From Stegostoma tigrinum (lineage: Eukaryota), in contig NC_081366.1 of assembly GCF_030684315.1 (NCBI RefSeq), positions 18,605,410-18,669,409 of the forward strand: a DNA stretch of 64,000 nt, in the 5' to 3' direction. Shown here piece by piece: positions 62,430 through 64,000 of this stretch. The notes under the pieces are model-generated. The model ran no database searches and was not told the DNA's origin. It saw only the letters and a list, made by a program, of their open reading frames with translations. A program made the translations under genes and the position numbers. How positions within the stretch are numbered: position 1 is the first letter of the stretch; each line of letters starts with the position of its first letter.

Positions 62430-64000
62430 TCCACCTAACAGGACTCCATTTTCTCCCCTTTGGTCCAGGAACTCCCTACCTATGTCAGTGACACCACCGA
62501 TGCCCTCCAACTCCTCCAGGGCTTCCAATTCTCTGGCCCCCAACACCTCATTTTCACCATGGACGTCCAGTCCCTATACACCTGTATTCCGCATGCAGAT
62601 GGCCTCAAGGCCCTCCGCTTTTTTCTGTCCCGCAGGCCCGACCAGACCCCTCAACCGACACCCTCATCCGCCTAGCCGAACTCGTCCTCACCCTCAACAA
62701 CTTCACTTTCAATTCCTCCCACTTCCTACAGACTAAGGGGGTGGCCATGGGCACCCGCATGGGCCCCAGCTATGCCTGGCTCTTTGTAGGTTACATGGAA
62801 CAGTCCCTCTTCCGCACCTACACAGGCCCCAAACACCACCTCTTCCTCCGTTACATTGATGACTGTATTGGCGCCGCCTCTTGCTCCCCAGAGGAGCTTG
62901 AACAGTTCATCCACTTCACCAACACCTTCCACCCCAACCTTCAGTTCACCTGGGCCATCTCCAGCACATCCCTCACCTTCCTGGACCTCTCAGTCTCCAT
63001 CTCAGGCAACCAGCTTGTAACTGATGTCCATTTCAAGCCCACCGACTCCCATAGCTACCTAGAATACACCTCCTCCCACCCACCCTCCTGCAAAAATTCC
63101 ATCACCTATACCCAATTCCTCCACCTCTGCCGCATCTGCTTCTACGATGAGGCATTCCACTCCCGCACATCCCAGATGTCCAAGTTCTTCAAGGACCGCA
63201 ACTTTCCCCCCACAGTGATCGAGAATGCCCTTGACTGCGCCTCCCGCATTTCCCGCAACACATCCCTCACACCCCGCCCCCGCCACAACCGCCCAAAGAG
63301 GATCCCCCTCGTTCTCACACACCACCCGACCAACCTCCGGATACAACACATCATCCTCCGACACTTCCGCCATCTACAATCCAACACCACCACCCGAGAC
63401 ATTTTTCCATCCCCACCCCTGTCTGCTTTCCGGAGAGACCACTCTCTCCGTGACTCCCTTGTTCGCTCCACACTGCCCTCCAACCCCACCACACCCGGCA
63501 CCTTCCCCTGCAACCGCAGGAAATGCTACAATTGCCCCCACACCTCCTCCCTCACCCCTATCGCAGGCCCCAAGATGACTTTCCACATTAAGCAGAGGTT
63601 CACCTGCACATCTGCCAATGTGGTATACTGCATCCACTGTACCCGCTGTGGCTTCCTCTACATTGGGGAAACCAAGCGGAGGCTTGGGGACCGCTTTGCA
63701 GAACACCTCCGCTTGGTTCACAATAAACAACTGCACCTCCCAGTCGCAAATCATTTCCACTCCCTCTCCGATTCTTTAGATGACATGTCCATCATGGGCC
63801 TCCTGTAGTGCCACAATGATGCCACCCGAAGGTTGCAGGAACAGCAACTCATATTCCGCTTGGGAACCCTGCAGCCCAATGGTATCAATTTGGACTTCAC
63901 CAGCTTCAAAATCTCTCCTGCCCCACCGCATTCCAAAACCAGCCCATTTCGTCCCCGCCCCCCACCGCACCACACAACCAGCCCAGCTCTTCCCCTCCAC

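Larger units (their letters stand above)
59548..64000 (+). mobile_element. Near full-length Neptune-type Penelope-like element in partial tandem arrangement (runs off the window)
   Basis: 59548-60612 is a 5'-truncated 3' copy (aligns to 63341-64000) acting as upstream pLTR, followed by the full ORF. Confidence 0.97.
60648..64000 (+). pseudogene. PLE RT + GIY-YIG endonuclease polyprotein, disrupted
   Basis: HITFLSTC...IPNGL N-terminal motif; PADKGG; FTMDVQSLYTCIP; AMGTRMGPSYA; RYIDD; CNRRKCYNC; VVYCIHC.RCGFLYIGETKR. Frameshifts ~61585 and ~62645, stops at 62162, 62210 and 63806, insertion 62218-62429. The start is inferred as a mutated ATG (ATA at 60648). Confidence 0.93.

Noticed and set aside
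1-64000. CRISPR array or prokaryotic operon
   Set aside because: No regularly spaced repeats; composition and repeats are those of a vertebrate genome

Overview
AT-rich, repeat-dense vertebrate DNA, most likely intronic or intergenic sequence from a shark (inferred from HE1/V-SINE-like and SacSINE1-like SINEs). I found no convincing host exon, RNA gene or CRISPR array. The dominant family is a Penelope-like retroelement (PLE) encoding RT plus a GIY-YIG endonuclease with a Cys-rich linker (Neptune type). It occurs as a near full-length decayed copy at 59548-64000, a 5'-truncated copy at 31768-33445, and many short derivatives of its terminal repeat (pLTR). The pLTR carries a minimal hammerhead ribozyme core (CTGATGA-stem II-GAAACGTC). 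The most striking pattern is a set of at least six fold-back insertions of 0.15-1.35 kb built from this ribozyme-bearing end. They have 12-18 bp target-site duplications (four are exactly 14 bp) and a fixed ~34-40 nt arm asymmetry. Internal breakpoints of the short copies cluster at the ribozyme across several distinct PLE families. Also present: decayed CR1 and other LINEs, a tRNA-headed LINE with a matching bipartite SINE, Gypsy remnants and a solo LTR, Harbinger remnants, a PLE-SINE chimera and a locally templated inverted micro-insertion. All family assignments come from recalled motifs, not database searches.
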